DNA of 64,000 nt from NCBI RefSeq assembly GCF_963921235.1, contig NC_086107.1, positions 92,692,001 through 92,756,000 on the forward strand, written 5' to 3'. Made by a program: the position numbers and the translations under genes. The stretch comes from Mobula hypostoma. Taxonomy: Eukaryota. Below, piece by piece: positions 37,470-49,850 of this stretch (positions are counted from its first letter, which is position 1; each line of letters opens with the position of its first letter). The notes below the pieces were generated by a model. The model had not been told where the DNA came from, made no database searches, and saw only the letters and a program-made list of their open reading frames with translations.

Positions 37470-39050
37470 TATTGATAACATGAGATGAAGAGTAGAACCC
37501 ATCGGTTAAGGGAACAGTTCAGTGGTGGGATGAGTGAAGTTATCCCTAATAGTTCAAGAGTCTGATGGTTGAGGGGTAATAACTGTTCCTGATGCTCCTT
37601 TGCCTTCTTCCTGATGGCAGCAGTGAGAGGAGAGTATGGCCTGGGTGGTGGGGGTCCATGATGATGGATGCTGCTTTCCTGCGACAGCACTTCATGTAGA
37701 TGTGTTCAATGGTGATGAGGGCGTTACTTGTGATGGGCTGGGCCTTATCCATTATCTTTTATTGGACTCCCGTTCAAGGGCATTGGTGCTTTCATTCCAG
37801 GCTGTAACGAAACCAGTCAACATACTCTCAATCACACATCTATCGAAGTTTGTCAAAGTTTTAGACATCTTGCTGAATCTTCACAAACTCTAAGGAAGCA
37901 GGGACGCTGATGAGCTTTCTTTGTAAATGCTCTTACATGCTGGACCTGGGACTGATCCTCTGAAATGATAACACCGAGGAACTTAAAGCTGCTGATCCTC
38001 TCCACCTCTGATCCCCTGATGAGGACTGGCTCATGGAGCTCCTGCACCTTCCCCCTGAAGTCAATAATCGGCAGTAATGAGTGAGAGGCTGGTGCTGAGG
38101 CACCATTCAGCTAGATTTTCAATCTTCCACCTAAATGCTGATCTTCACCATCAAAGATTCGGCCAGTGACAGTGGTGTCATCAGCAAACTTAACTATGGC
38201 ATTGGAGCTGTGCTTAGCCTCACAGTCAGAAAGTGAGTAGAGCAGGGGGCTAAGCACACAGCCCTGTGCTGCACCTTTGCTGATGAAGATTGTGGAGGAG
38301 ATGTTGTTGCTGATTCAAACTGACTGGGGTCTACAAGTGAGGAAACTAAGGATCTAAATGCACAAGGAGGTATTGAGGCCAAAGTCTTAAAACCTATTGA
38401 TTTGTTTTGAGGGGATGATAGTATTGAATACCAAGTTGTAGTCAATAAAGAGCATCCTGATGTATCCACCTTTGCTGTCCAGATGTTCCAGGGTTGAGTG
38501 AAAAACCACTGAAAGGACATCTGCTGTGGACCTGCTATTGCGACAGCATGTAACCAACTGATCGATCTCACTTCTGTACACCTCCTTGTCACCATCGGAA
38601 ATTCTGCCAGCAATAGCTATGTCTTCTGCAGATTTATACATGGTGTTAGAGCTGTGGCTAGCCACATAGCCATGGGATTAGAGAGAGTAGAGCAGTGGGC
38701 TAAGCACACACCCTTCAGATGCACCATTGGTGACTGTCCGTGAGCAGTGACGTAATTTCCAATCGACACTGACTGTCATCTAGTTGAAGAGAGAGGTACA
38801 GAGGCCTGGGTTTTGGAGTTTGTTGATTAGGATCGAGGATATGATTGCGTTGAATGCTGAGCTGTAATCAATAAACAGCAGTCTGATGTAAGCACTGCAA
38901 TTTTCCAGGAGATCCAGGCGCAGGGGGTTCAGGTCCTTGCTTAGGCAGGAGTTGATTCTGGCTATGACTAACCTCTCAAAGCACTTCATTGCGGTTGATG
39001 TGAGTGCAACTGGGCGATAGTTGTTGAGACTTTCGGTGATAATCGTTAAC
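37470..39050 (-). mobile_element. Rex1/Babar-type LINE fragments including RT region
   Basis: LNNYRPVALTSTAMKCFERLV, RLLFIDYSSAFN, FKFLGVIISED, HPGHTLLSLLPSGRR. Confidence 0.9.
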
Positions 39051-40759
39051 TGAGACCTCACTGAGTGTGGGATCTCATTTGTGTTTCCTTCTACAGTGAC
39101 TGACTTCAGAGAGGTTTTCGGGACAGTCTGAAAGGTGCCGTGAAAAACCTATTAACCAGCCGCTCTCTACATGGACACATCTCTCAATGTTTAACAGCAA
39201 CTTCTAGGTTTTGGCTCAGTTCAACCTCCCCGCTCCTGTTGCCACAAGCCCTTCCAAGACGTGAATCAGCCCCTGTCTTCGCATCAGTTCGAGATGTTAA
39301 TTTAGTGATTCTCCCTCAACCACCGGTCTCAAAGTCTGCATCGACTGGGCAATTAGTTTGAAGAAATCCTGTCACCAGTGAGGTTTCATTACAGGTTGAA
39401 AGGTTGCCTCTGGGTAATGTTTTTAAGTTATCCTTTTGAGTGAGCCCAGGATCACAAAGTACAGAGATTTATTGCAGTGTGGAAAGGCGGAGGGGCTCCT
39501 CCTATATACCTCCCCGCCCCGCAGCTGTGCCCGAAGTTTACCGCTGTTTATATGAAGTGCACTGTTCCGAATTTTTAAAAAGAATGAAAATGCACAGGTC
39601 AAAATGGCCCCAGAAATTGCAGATTGTCTCTCTGTGAATCCCTTAGGTGGTAGATTGGATTTAATCAGATAGCTGCCAGCCCGATGTCCATGGTGTGTGC
39701 ATGACAAATTGATCTACTGGTGATGATTGACATCCGTTTGATGGTCTCTCGTTCCTCGCTTCGTTACAGGAGGGAGGGCTGAGAATTGTACCTCATCAGC
39801 CGGAGAGAGAGGGACGGGGAGAGAACAGAAACTGCCAGTGAAAACACAACAAGAGGCAGAGGGAGAGAGAAACAGGCGCATGCTAAAAAAAAGCGAGCAA
39901 GAGAGGTGGATATTCGGTGGAATGGAGAGAAAAAAAACAAAGTCTAAGAGAGAGAGACTGACAATATAAGAAAGAGAGAGAGCAAGAGACAGTGTGAGAG
40001 AGACAGAGTAAGAGGAAGATAGAGAGTGGGAGACAGAGGGTGAAAGAGAGAGAGTCAGACAGAGATGAACAGAAATAAGGGTTGCCACAATATCTTTACG
40101 GTACCAGCAACTCAGGTTCAATTCCCGCCGTTGCCTGTAAGGAATTTGTGCGTTCTCCCTGCGGGTTTCTTCTTCTACAGTTTCCTCCCACATTCCAAAG
40201 ACAGAAGGGTTAGCATTAATAAGTTGTGGGCATGCTATATTGGTGCTGGAAGCACGGTGACACTTGCGTGCTGCCATCCAGCACGCCCTTGGATTGTGTC
40301 GGTCATTGATGTTATCAACACATTTCACTGTATGTTCATGTCTTAATACACAAGTGACAAAGAAGGGCAAATCTTCTTTTTCTCCTTATCCTCCAATCCC
40401 GCTGATCCCTGTCTCACCACTCGCCCTCTCTTCTCCATACCAGCCGTCTCTCCTCCTCGCTCTCAGTCGTGACCCAGGGTTTTGATTCAAAGCATCGACA
40501 GTTCTCCCCCGCCCCCCCCCCCCCACCTACTCCAGAGGCTGCCCAGACTGGAAGATTTCATTCTGGTTGTCCAATTTCTTGGCCAGTGAATGGGTTCCTG
40601 CTTATGATTGAATGTCAAAGACCTGAATGATCAATACCAAACCTGAGAGGCGAGCACCACCGGCTCCGATTCACTAGCATTTAATCACTCACCGTGGTTG
40701 CATTAAGTGGTTTACTGTGTCATTTCAGAGAGGCGGTATTCTCAACAGAGGCCTGTGGC

Positions 40760-41275
40760 CTCCTCTAGTGCCACTATGAGGGCCTCCTCAGGCTGGAGGA
40801 ACAACAACTCATATTCTGACTGGGTAGACTCCAGCCCGATGGCATGAGCATTGACTTCTCTAACCCAGTAATTTCTCCACCCTTCCCGTTCCCTCTTTTT
40901 TCATTCTCAATTCCAGCTCCCTTCTTACTCCTTCTCTTCTCCTCACCTGCCTATCTCCTCCCACTGGCGACCCTCCTCCTCCCCTTTCTCCCATGGTCCA
41001 CTCACTTCACCTATCACATTCTTTCTTCTTCAGCCCTTTACCTTTTCTACCTGTCACCTCCAAGCTTCGTACTTCATCCCCTTCCCCATCCACCTGGCTT
41101 CCCCTTCACTCGCCTTTACCCATCACCTGCCAGTCTGTACTCCGTCCTCTCTCCCCACCTTCTAATTCTGGCAGCTTCCTCCTTCCTTTCCAGTCCTGAT
41201 GAAGGGTCGAGGCCCAAAGCATTCTCTCCCATAGATGCTGCCTGACCTGCTGAGTCCTTCCGGCATTTTGTGTAC
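40760..41275 (+). mobile_element. Penelope-like element 3' region with degenerate hammerhead (41191-41220)
   Basis: EEQQLIF*LGRLQPDGMSIDFSN, pyrimidine tract, cagtcCTGATGAagggtc. Confidence 0.8.
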
Positions 41276-41438
41276 CTTGTATTGGAAGTATTGTAGATTT
41301 GTGATCACATTTAGTAACGCAGTTTGGCTCTGTCATCAACAAGTCCTGGGGTTAAAGCCCAAAGTATACATTGCAAGCCTGAAAATTTATTGAGGCCTGT
41401 AGGCCGAATTCCTGGCTCTGCGAGTCCAATGAAGGACC

Positions 41439-41482
41439 GTGTGTGTGTGTGTGTGTGTGTGTGTCCATGTACGTGTGCATGT

Positions 41483-41520
<38 letters not shown>

Positions 41521-41665
41521 ATGTACGTGTGTCTGTGTGTGTGTGTGTCTGTGTGTGTGTGTGTCTGTGTGCGTGTGCATATGTGTGCGCGCATGTGTGT
41601 GTGTGTGTGTGCACGTACGTGTATGCGTTTGTGCATGTGTGTGCGTGTTTGTGTGTGAGAGAGAG
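41439..41665. repeat. Compound (GT)n microsatellite
   Basis: Interrupted GT runs with repeated ccatgtacgt spacer; source of the HT/CV-rich ORFs. Confidence 0.97.
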
Positions 41666-42914
41666 GGGAAAGGGGTTTACTTTGTTGTGTTGTTGTTGTT
41701 GCTTGAATTGTTCTGTAAACTTGGTGGGCATATTATCTTGGCACTGGAATGTGTGGCCGAGGTAATGGTCTGCCCCCCAGGACCTCCTCCCTGATGGTAG
41801 TAATGAGAAGAGAGCCTGTCCTGGATGGTGAAGGATCTTAATGATGTATGCCATCTTTTTGAAGATGCCTTCAATAGCGTGAAGGCCTGTGTTCAGGGTG
41901 GAACTGGCTGGGTCTGCAACCCTGGCTGCGTTTTTCGAACTTGACCTTCTCTGAGCGGCAGGGGTGGTGGGGTGGGGGGGGGTTATGTTTTGCAGGTTCA
42001 CACTGAGAGTTCTCAGAATTCAGTTTCAACCTCTGTGATGGGTCTCCTCTCGCTTTTAGTGTTTAGCCAGGACAGCAATGGTCTCATCCTATCACAGATA
42101 TTCCCTCTGTTTTCTCCACCTTGTCACTCCTCAACTTAAAGCACATTAATGTTCTCATTTCACCAGTTCTAATGAAGGATTGATGATGTAAAATGCCAGC
42201 AACATGTCCGTCTCCACAGATGCTTCCTGACTTGCTGAGTATTTCTAGCATTCTCTCTGAGCCTGTGAACCTGTGGCTCAGAGAGGCTAAACTATCTACT
42301 GAACAAAAGCCTTAACTTGTGAGGCTGGACAACAATCTGTACCATCCATTTTTACAAGCCAGAAACATTTAAAATTCAAAAATAAATTTAACAGCTGGTA
42401 AAGCCACTGCATCATAGCTCCAGTGATCGGGTACAATCCCAATCTCCAGTGCTGTCTATGTGGACTATGCACGTTCTTCCAGTGACCATGTGGGTTCCTT
42501 TGGGTGCTCAGGTTTCCTCTCACATTCCAAGGACATCCAGGTTGCCTCTGTAAATTGCCCCTGGTGTCTGGATGTGGGGTAGAAGCTATAGGGGGGAGCA
42601 GTTCTTGTGGAGTCAAACAGCAGAGAGACCAACCCTTTAACAATCCACCGAACACTGGGGCGAGACCACGGTTGACAGGATGGTCTTAGACGTACCTTCA
42701 AAAAAGCTGGAGAAAATCAACAGTTCAGGCAGCAGCTATAGAGGGAACTGGACAGTCAACGCTTTGGGTCAAAACCCACCACCTGGACTGAATGACAAAG
42801 GGGAGAGAGCCAGTTTAAATAACGAAGGGGTGGAGCAAGAGCTGGCAGGTGATAGGTGGATCCAGATGAGGGGGGAAATGATGGGAATGTCCATAGATCC
42901 CTTAAAACTACACC

Positions 42915-43510
42915 TTCATTAGTCAGGGGATTGTGTTCAAGGCCCCGGGGTAATGATGCAACTCTATAAAACTCTGGTCAGGCCACACTTGGAGTACTGT
43001 GTCCAGTTCTGGTCGTCCCACTATAGGAAGGATGTGGAAGCATTGGAAAGGGTACAGAGGAGATTTACCAGGATGCTGACTGGTTTAGAGAGTATGCATT
43101 ATGATCAGAGATTAAAGGAGCTAGGGCTTTGTTCTTTGGAGAGAAGGAGGATGAGAGGAGACATGATAGAGGTATACAAGATATTAAGAGGAATAGATTG
43201 AGTGGATAGCCAGCGCCTCTTCCCCAGGGCACCACTGCTCAATACAAGAGGACATGGCTTTAAGGTAAGGGATGGGAAGTTTAAGGGGGATATTAGAGGA
43301 AGGTTTTTTACTCAGAGAGTGGTTGGTGCGTGGAGTGCACTGCCTGAGTCAGTGGTGGAGGCAGATGCACTAGTGAAGTTTAAGAGACTACTAGACAGGT
43401 ATATGGAGGAATTTAAGGTGGGGGGGTTATATGGGAGGCAGGGTTTGAGGGTCGGCACAACATTGTAGGCCGAAGGGCCTGTACTGTGCTGTACTGTTCT
43501 ATGTTCTATG
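42915..43510 (+). mobile_element. Young CR1/HER1 3' fragment, same subfamily as 9578-10230
   Basis: Shares diagnostic ESMHYDQRL, RAPLLNTRGHGFKVR; one in-frame stop at 43199-43201. Confidence 0.95.
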
Positions 43511-44701
43511 TAAGAGTATGTCTTATGAGGATAGTTTGAGAGAGCTAGGACTTTTCTCTTTGGAGTGAAGAAGGGTGAGAGGTGACTTGATAGAGGTGTA
43601 CAAGATAATAAAAAGCACAGAGGGAGTGGATAGCCAGGGATATTTTTTCAGGGCAGGAATGGCTAATAAGAGGGGGCATAATTTTAAAATGATTAGAAGG
43701 GAAGTATAGGGAATGTCAGATATTTACACAGAGGTTGGAGCATGGAACATGCTGCTCGGGGTGGTGGTAGAAGAAGATAGTTTAAGGGATTGTTATGGAT
43801 GAAAGGAAAATGGAGAACAATGTGGGAAGGAAGGTTTAGTTTGATCTTAGGGCAGGTTAAAGGGTCAGCACAATGTTGTGGGGGAAGGGTCTGTATTATG
43901 CTGTACATTCTCGGTTTTGTGTAGGGTTAGTGTAAAATGGGCCATTGTTAAACAGTAATGACTCTCTTAGCTGACGTACTTGGCTCTGCTGTGATACATT
44001 GCCTGGGTTAGTGATGGAGGCAGATACAATGGAGATGTTCAAGAGGCTCTTAAATAGGCAGACAAATGTGCAGGGAATGGAAAAAATATGGACTTTATGA
44101 AGGGATTAGTTTAGTTGGGCATTTGATTGCATTAAATATTGAATATTAAAGTTTAGCTTTGTCACATGCCCATCGAAACATCAGAAAATACATTGTTTGT
44201 GCCAATGATCCGACACAGTCTAAAGGTGTTCAGGGGGCAGCCCACAAGTGTCAGCACACTTCTGGTGCCAACATAGCAAGCCCACAGGTTACAAACCCTA
44301 ACCTGCATGTCTCTGGAATGTGGGAGGAAACAGGAGCACATGGAGGAAACCCAAATGGTCATGGAAAGAATGTACAAACTCCTTACAGAAAGCAGCAGGA
44401 ATTGAATCCCAATCTTACACCCAGCACTGTAAAGCGTTACACTAGCCACTACTCTACCATTATTTAATTAGTTTGGCACAACATTGTGGGCTTAAGGGCC
44501 TGTTCTTGTACAGTGCTGTTCTACGTTCTACCCCATGACCCTGTGACATTGACCAGTTATGGATCCACACACAGTGGGTGACTGGTTAATGGAGGAGTTC
44601 TCAAAGGGTTAACCTTGCCAGGTCCTGCACTGGGCCACCCTTGCCCAAGTAACACCACTGCTTCCCTCCCCAGAGCAGCCTGGAATCTCATTGGGAATGA
44701 G

Positions 44702-44731
44702 GTTCCCATGGCGACAGTTGCCAGTGGAGAC
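44702..44731. promoter_or_regulatory. Tandem RFX (X-box)-like sites in unique sequence
   Basis: GTTCCCATGGCGAC immediately followed by GTTGCCAGTGGAGAC; consensus GTTNCCATGGNAAC. Confidence 0.45.
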
Positions 44732-45190
44732 TGCTTCCATTCTGATCAATTCTCCGATAAATTGCACAGTAATCACAGGGCCTGTTGCTGATTGTTATCT
44801 GTCAGGCAGGGCCACCGTCAGAGCGATGAAACATGCTCACATTCCGTGACCTTCCCTAGCGCTTTATCCTCGCTGTCTGCTCAAAAGCAAGTGGGAGAAG
44901 GTCACGGGAATAACGCGCACACTGCTGTGCAGTCACACAGCACCAAAACAGGCTTCGGCCCAACGAGTCACCTACATGTTCCCTACATTCCCATCAACCC
45001 TACCCCCAACCCCCCCCCCGCCCAGATTCCACACGTCAACCACTCACTGGGTTTAATTTACAGTGGCCAATTGGCTCACCGTCCCACGCGTCTTTGTGGG
45101 ATGTGGGAGGAAAATGGGCCACTCTGGGGAAACTTACACAGTCACAAGGAGAACGTGCCACGCAGAGGGCCTGAGGTCAGAGGTCAGAGG

Positions 45191-45824
45191 TAGGGTTGCC
45201 GACTTTCTCACTCCCAAATAAGGGACAAAAGTAGCAGTCAAACACGGGACACTGCAACACTCACAACACGCTGGAGGAACTCAGCAGGTCGGGCAGCATC
45301 TGTGGAAATGATCAGTCAACGTTTCGGGCCAGAACCCTTCGTCAGGACTCATATGGGACACTTGTGTTTACCCTGATAAAGACTGCCATGACCATGAATC
45401 CTTGCGGGGGCACCTGTGTGCTCACGCATGACGTGTTCATACGTGTACGTGCTGATTTTTTTCTACAAATCGGTTTTGGCTTAATCTTCCCGATTCTGTT
45501 AAGTGAAACTACACTGTACATACATTATTTCTGCCTTATATAGGCTGTGTATTTATCATATCATTCCTGCTTTCACTATATGTTAGTGTTATTTTAGGTT
45601 TTATGTGTTATTTGGTAGATTATTTTTTGGGTCTGAGAACGCTCAAAAATTTTTCCCATATAAACTAATGGGAATTGCTTCTTTGCTTTACGCCATCTCT
45701 GGTTTCATAGGAACGCTCTACCTTAACGGGAGAAATACAGGACAAGGGTGGTCCCGTACGGAACAAAGCAATTTAGCCCAATATACGGGATGTCCCGGCA
45801 AATACGGGACAGTTGGCAACCCAA
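45191..45824. mobile_element. Non-autonomous hAT (Blackjack-like) element with nested Penelope repeat (45255-45349)
   Basis: TIR TAGGGTTGCC / GGCAACCCAA, perfect 8-bp TSD GTCAGAGG (45183-45190, 45825-45832), subterminal AATACGGGAC repeats. Confidence 0.92.
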
Positions 45825-47104
45825 GTCAGAGGTCAGGATTGAACCCATGTCCCTGTAACTGTGAGGATATGGCTCTTCCCGCTGAGCCGCGGAGCCAGCC
45901 ACACTGCACGTTCTATTTGGCCTTGGTTTAACACACAGGAAACCTGTGAAACAGTCAGCTCCTACCACCAATAACCGGGAATTGCTTTATTATTGTCACA
46001 TATACCAAGGTGCAATGAAAAATCACCCATTCAGTTCATTTCACAACATCAGTACTAGGCAAAAATAATAACAGAATGTAGAATAAAGCTCAAAGTAAAT
46101 TTATTATCAATGTATGTAGATGTCACCATGAGATTCATTTTCTTGCAGGCCTTTGCAGGAAAATAAAGAAATACAATAGAATGTATTAAAAAAACTGTAA
46201 ATAACAAAGACCGACAAGCTACCAATGTGCAAAAGAAGACAAGTTATGCAAAGAATAAAAATGTAAATACATAATCCTGAGTTGTATTATTAAACAAGCG
46301 TTGCAGTTACAGAGAAGGCACTGTACAAGCTGAGAATACGGTGCAAGGCCCAGAAGGAGGTAGATTGTGAGGTAAAGAGTCTGTCTTATCATGCAAGAGA
46401 TCTGGTCAATAGTCTTATTTATAATGCTGGCTTAGAATCTGCCCTCAGTACAGTACATGCTTTCAGGCTTTTGCACCCTCTGCCCAGTGGGAGAGTTTTG
46501 GGGTTGGGTGGCTGTTCTACCCAGGCAGTGAGAAGCGTAGACCGACTTCTGTGATGTACTGAGCTGTGCCTGCAACTCTCTGCAGTTTATTCCGGTCACG
46601 GTCTGAGAGCAGTTGCCACACCAATCAGTGATACATCCAGACAGGATGCATGGGTAAATTTGATGAGATTCACCGGGGGATATGCCAGATTTCTGGAGCT
46701 TTCTGAGGAGCAGAGGTGCTGGTGCACTTTCTTGCCTGTGCCGTCCCATGGTTGGACCAGAATTATTCTTTTCCGATTCATCTGTCTCTACAACAACGTT
46801 TCAGATGGTTCTGGATTGTATGGGCACAATGGCTAAAATTTGGGCTGTGAATGCATTGCTGTAGCTCATGGTGAAAGTTCCACAGGTACATGTGGGGCTG
46901 ACCTTCCCCAAAACGTTCATGTGGAGAGTATCACTGTCCTGGATACTGGCTCACCTCCACCTCCTTTGGGGCAGGTGGAGGTGGGGAATAGATACCGTCC
47001 TGCCGACACACCTGACAACCCGAGGATGAATAAACATTCACAGATGTTCAAGAGCTCTTGAATTTAAGCACCACAAGGTACGTTACAGCTCAATAAAACC
47101 CTGA

Positions 47105-47477
47105 TTGGACTACACTTTTCGTCCCTCTTCCCTCCGGAAGAAGGTTCAGGAGCTTGAAGACTTGTACGGCCAGATTTGGGAACAGCTTCTTTCCAACTGT
47201 GATAAGACTGCTGAATGGATCCTGACCCGGATCTGGGCTGTACCCTCCAAATATCCGGACCTGCCTCTCGGTTTTTTTGCACTACCTTACTTTCCATTTT
47301 TCTATTTTCTATTTATGACTTATAATTTAAATTTTTAATATTTACTCATTTTAACTATTTTTAATATTTAATATTTGTAATCCAGGGAGTGTGAAGCGCA
47401 GATTCAAATATCGCTGTGATGATTGTACGTTCTAGTACTAATAGTTTGGCAACAATAAAGTATAAAGTATAAAGTAC
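47105..47477 (+). mobile_element. Rex1/Babar-type 3' end with (TAAAGTA)n tail
   Basis: cctcttccctccggaagaagg (PLPSGRR), aacagcttctttcca (NSFFP). Confidence 0.8.
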
Positions 47478-48829
47478 TTGGAATATCGTGTTCAGTTCTG
47501 GTCAGGTTGGTGAAGCTTTAGAAAGGGTGCACAGGAGACGGTATCCAGGGTACTGCCTGGACAAGAGGGCAGGTCTTATGAAGAAAGGTTGAGCAAACGA
47601 GGGCTTTTCTATTTGGAGAGAAGGAAGACAACAGGTGGCTTCCATGCATTTACCACTCTCTGTGTAAAAAGCCTACCCCTGACATCTCTGTTATACTTTC
47701 CTCAATTCACCTTAAAATTATGCCCGCTTGTATGAGCCATTTCTGCCCTGGAAAAGGGTCTCTAGCTGTCCACTCAATCTTTGCTTCTTATGCACCTCTA
47801 TCAAGTCACCTCTCATCCTCCTTCTCTCCAAAGCTCACTCTGCCTATCAAGTGTCGGTTTCCTGCCACATCCTAAAGGTTGGTGGATGAATTGACCCGGT
47901 AAATCGCTCCTCGAGTGTAAGTGAGGGATTAGAGTCTGGGTGGGCGGGAGTTAATGGAGTATGGTGAGAATAAAACACAGGTTTAACGTTGGCGTTAGAG
48001 TAAATGGGTGGTTGATGGTCGATGTGAACCGTGACGCCAAGGATCGGATTCCAAGAGCTAGCCCTGTGACCGTATGAATGTAGGTACTGTAGCAACACTC
48101 GATATCAATGTCTAAACACGAGCATTTAGTGTTTACGTGGACCCGTCAGTGTATGATTGCAGGCATTTAGTGTCTGAACACGGACAGTTAGTGTATGACT
48201 GAAGTCAAAGTTCAAAGTAAATTTTTTTTCAAAGTATGTATATGTCACCAAATACAACCCTGAGATTCATTTTCTTTCAGACATTTACAGTAGAACAAAG
48301 AAATACAATAGAATCAATGAAAAACGACACACAAATAAAGACTGACAATCAACCAATGTGCAGAAGAAGACAAACTGAGCAAATACAAAAATAGATAGAT
48401 ACGGTAGATAGATAAATAAATAACACTGAGAACATGAGTTGTAGAGCCCTTGAAAGTGGGTGTGTATGTTGTGGAATCAGGGTTATGATGAGTGAAGTTA
48501 TCCACGTTTTTTCAGGAGTCTGATAATTGTCGAGTAATGACTGCTCCTGAACCTGGTGTTGTGGGCCTACCTGCCGCCCAATGGCAGAAGTAGGAGGATG
48601 GTATGGCCTGGATGGTGGGGGTCCTTGATCATGGATCCTGCTTTCTTGTGGCAGCGCCCCATGTGGACAGTCAGTGTGGGAAGGCACGTCACACCAATCT
48701 GCCAGAGGAAGTTGGAGAGGCGGGTACTATTACAAAGTTCAAAACACTTGGACAGGTTTATGGAGACAAAAGTTGTGAAGGAAAATTGTGGTCCGCATGG
48801 ATGTGTTGGGCTGAAGGGCCTATTTCTGT

Positions 48830-48960
48830 CCTGACGAAGGGTCTCGGCCTGAAACGTCGACTGCACCTCTTCCTATAGATGCTGCTTGGCCTGCTGCGTT
48901 CACCAGCAACTTTGATGTGTGTTGCTTGAATTTCCAGCATCTGCAGAATTCCTGTTTGTT
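48830..48960 (+). mobile_element. Penelope terminal-repeat insertion with perfect 13-bp TSD and intact hammerhead core
   Basis: TSD GGCCTATTTCTGT (48817-48829, 48961-48973); gtcCTGACGAagggtctcggcctGAAACGTCgactg. Confidence 0.9.
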
Positions 48961-49566
48961 GGCCTATTTCTGTGCTGTTCACCTCTGTGATCCTGCTTCC
49001 ACGACACTCTACTGGAATACAGTGATTCAGTATTTGAATACAACCGGCCTGCGGCGGCTGTAAGCAATCTGTTTTATTGAACTCAGGCAGTCAGTGTTTG
49101 CAAACGAATAATTATTGGTTGCAGAATTAAAATTCCTTTCCATTCTTTATCCATCGTTCCTCACCCACCCCTTCTCTTCTCCTCACCTGCCCGTCACCTG
49201 CCTCTGGTTCCCCCTCCCCTCATCCTTTTTCTCCACGGTCCACTATCCTCTCCAATTCAACTTCAATTCAATTCAACTTTCCATTCCCATTCTGACATGT
49301 CCAAGGCCTTCTCTACTACCAAGATGAGGCCAACCTCAGGTTGGAGAAGCAGCGCCTCATATTCCATTTGAATAGTCTCCAATCTGATACATCAATTTCT
49401 CTAACTCCCCCTCCCCCTTCTTCCTTTTGTCCTCCTCTCACCCCTTCTCTTCTCTTCATCTTCCCATCACCACCCCCTGATTCTCCTCCTCCTTCCCTTC
49501 CTTCCATGGTCCATTGTCCTCTCCTATCACATTCCTTCTTCTTCCTCCCTTTACCTCTTCCCCCTG

Positions 49567-49850
49567 TCACCTGCCAGCTTCTCATTTCATCCCACATTCC
49601 CCCTCACCTGGTCTCACCTATCACCTGCCACCTTCTCATTTCATCCCTCCTTCCCCCTCGCCTGGTCCCACCTATCATCTGCCACCTTCTCACTTCATCC
49701 CTCCTTCCCCCTTGCCTGGTCTCACCTATCATCTGACACCTTCTCACTTCATCCCACCTTCCCCCTCACCTGGTCTCACCTATCACGTGTCAGCTTCTCA
49801 CTCCATCCCACCTTCCTCCTCACCTGGTCTCACCTATCACCTACTAGCTT
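49567..49850 (+). repeat. 54-bp minisatellite (~5.3 copies) inside a Penelope 3' region
   Basis: Units start at 49567, 49621, 49675, 49729, 49783, 49837: tcacctgccaccttctcatttcatccc.ccttccccctcacctggtctcaccta. Confidence 0.93.

Noticed and set aside
39720..39785. Possible C/D-box snoRNA (GTGATGA ... CTGA)
   Set aside because: No terminal stem, poor C'/D' boxes and no recognisable rRNA/snRNA antisense element.
39714..40370. 218-aa minus-strand ORF with hydrophobic stretch
   Set aside because: Composite of a SINE and a GA/CT low-complexity tract.
41311..42001. Long His/Thr- and Cys/Val-rich ORFs (up to 204 aa)
   Set aside because: Translations of a (GT)n microsatellite plus Rex1/SINE fragments.
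48090..48205. Degenerate ~20-bp tandem repeat (ttagtgt.tga..acgg)
   Set aside because: Too decayed to define a unit or suggest a function.
49567..49850. Regular repeats as a CRISPR-like array
   Set aside because: Head-to-tail units without unique spacers, eukaryotic context, no cas genes.
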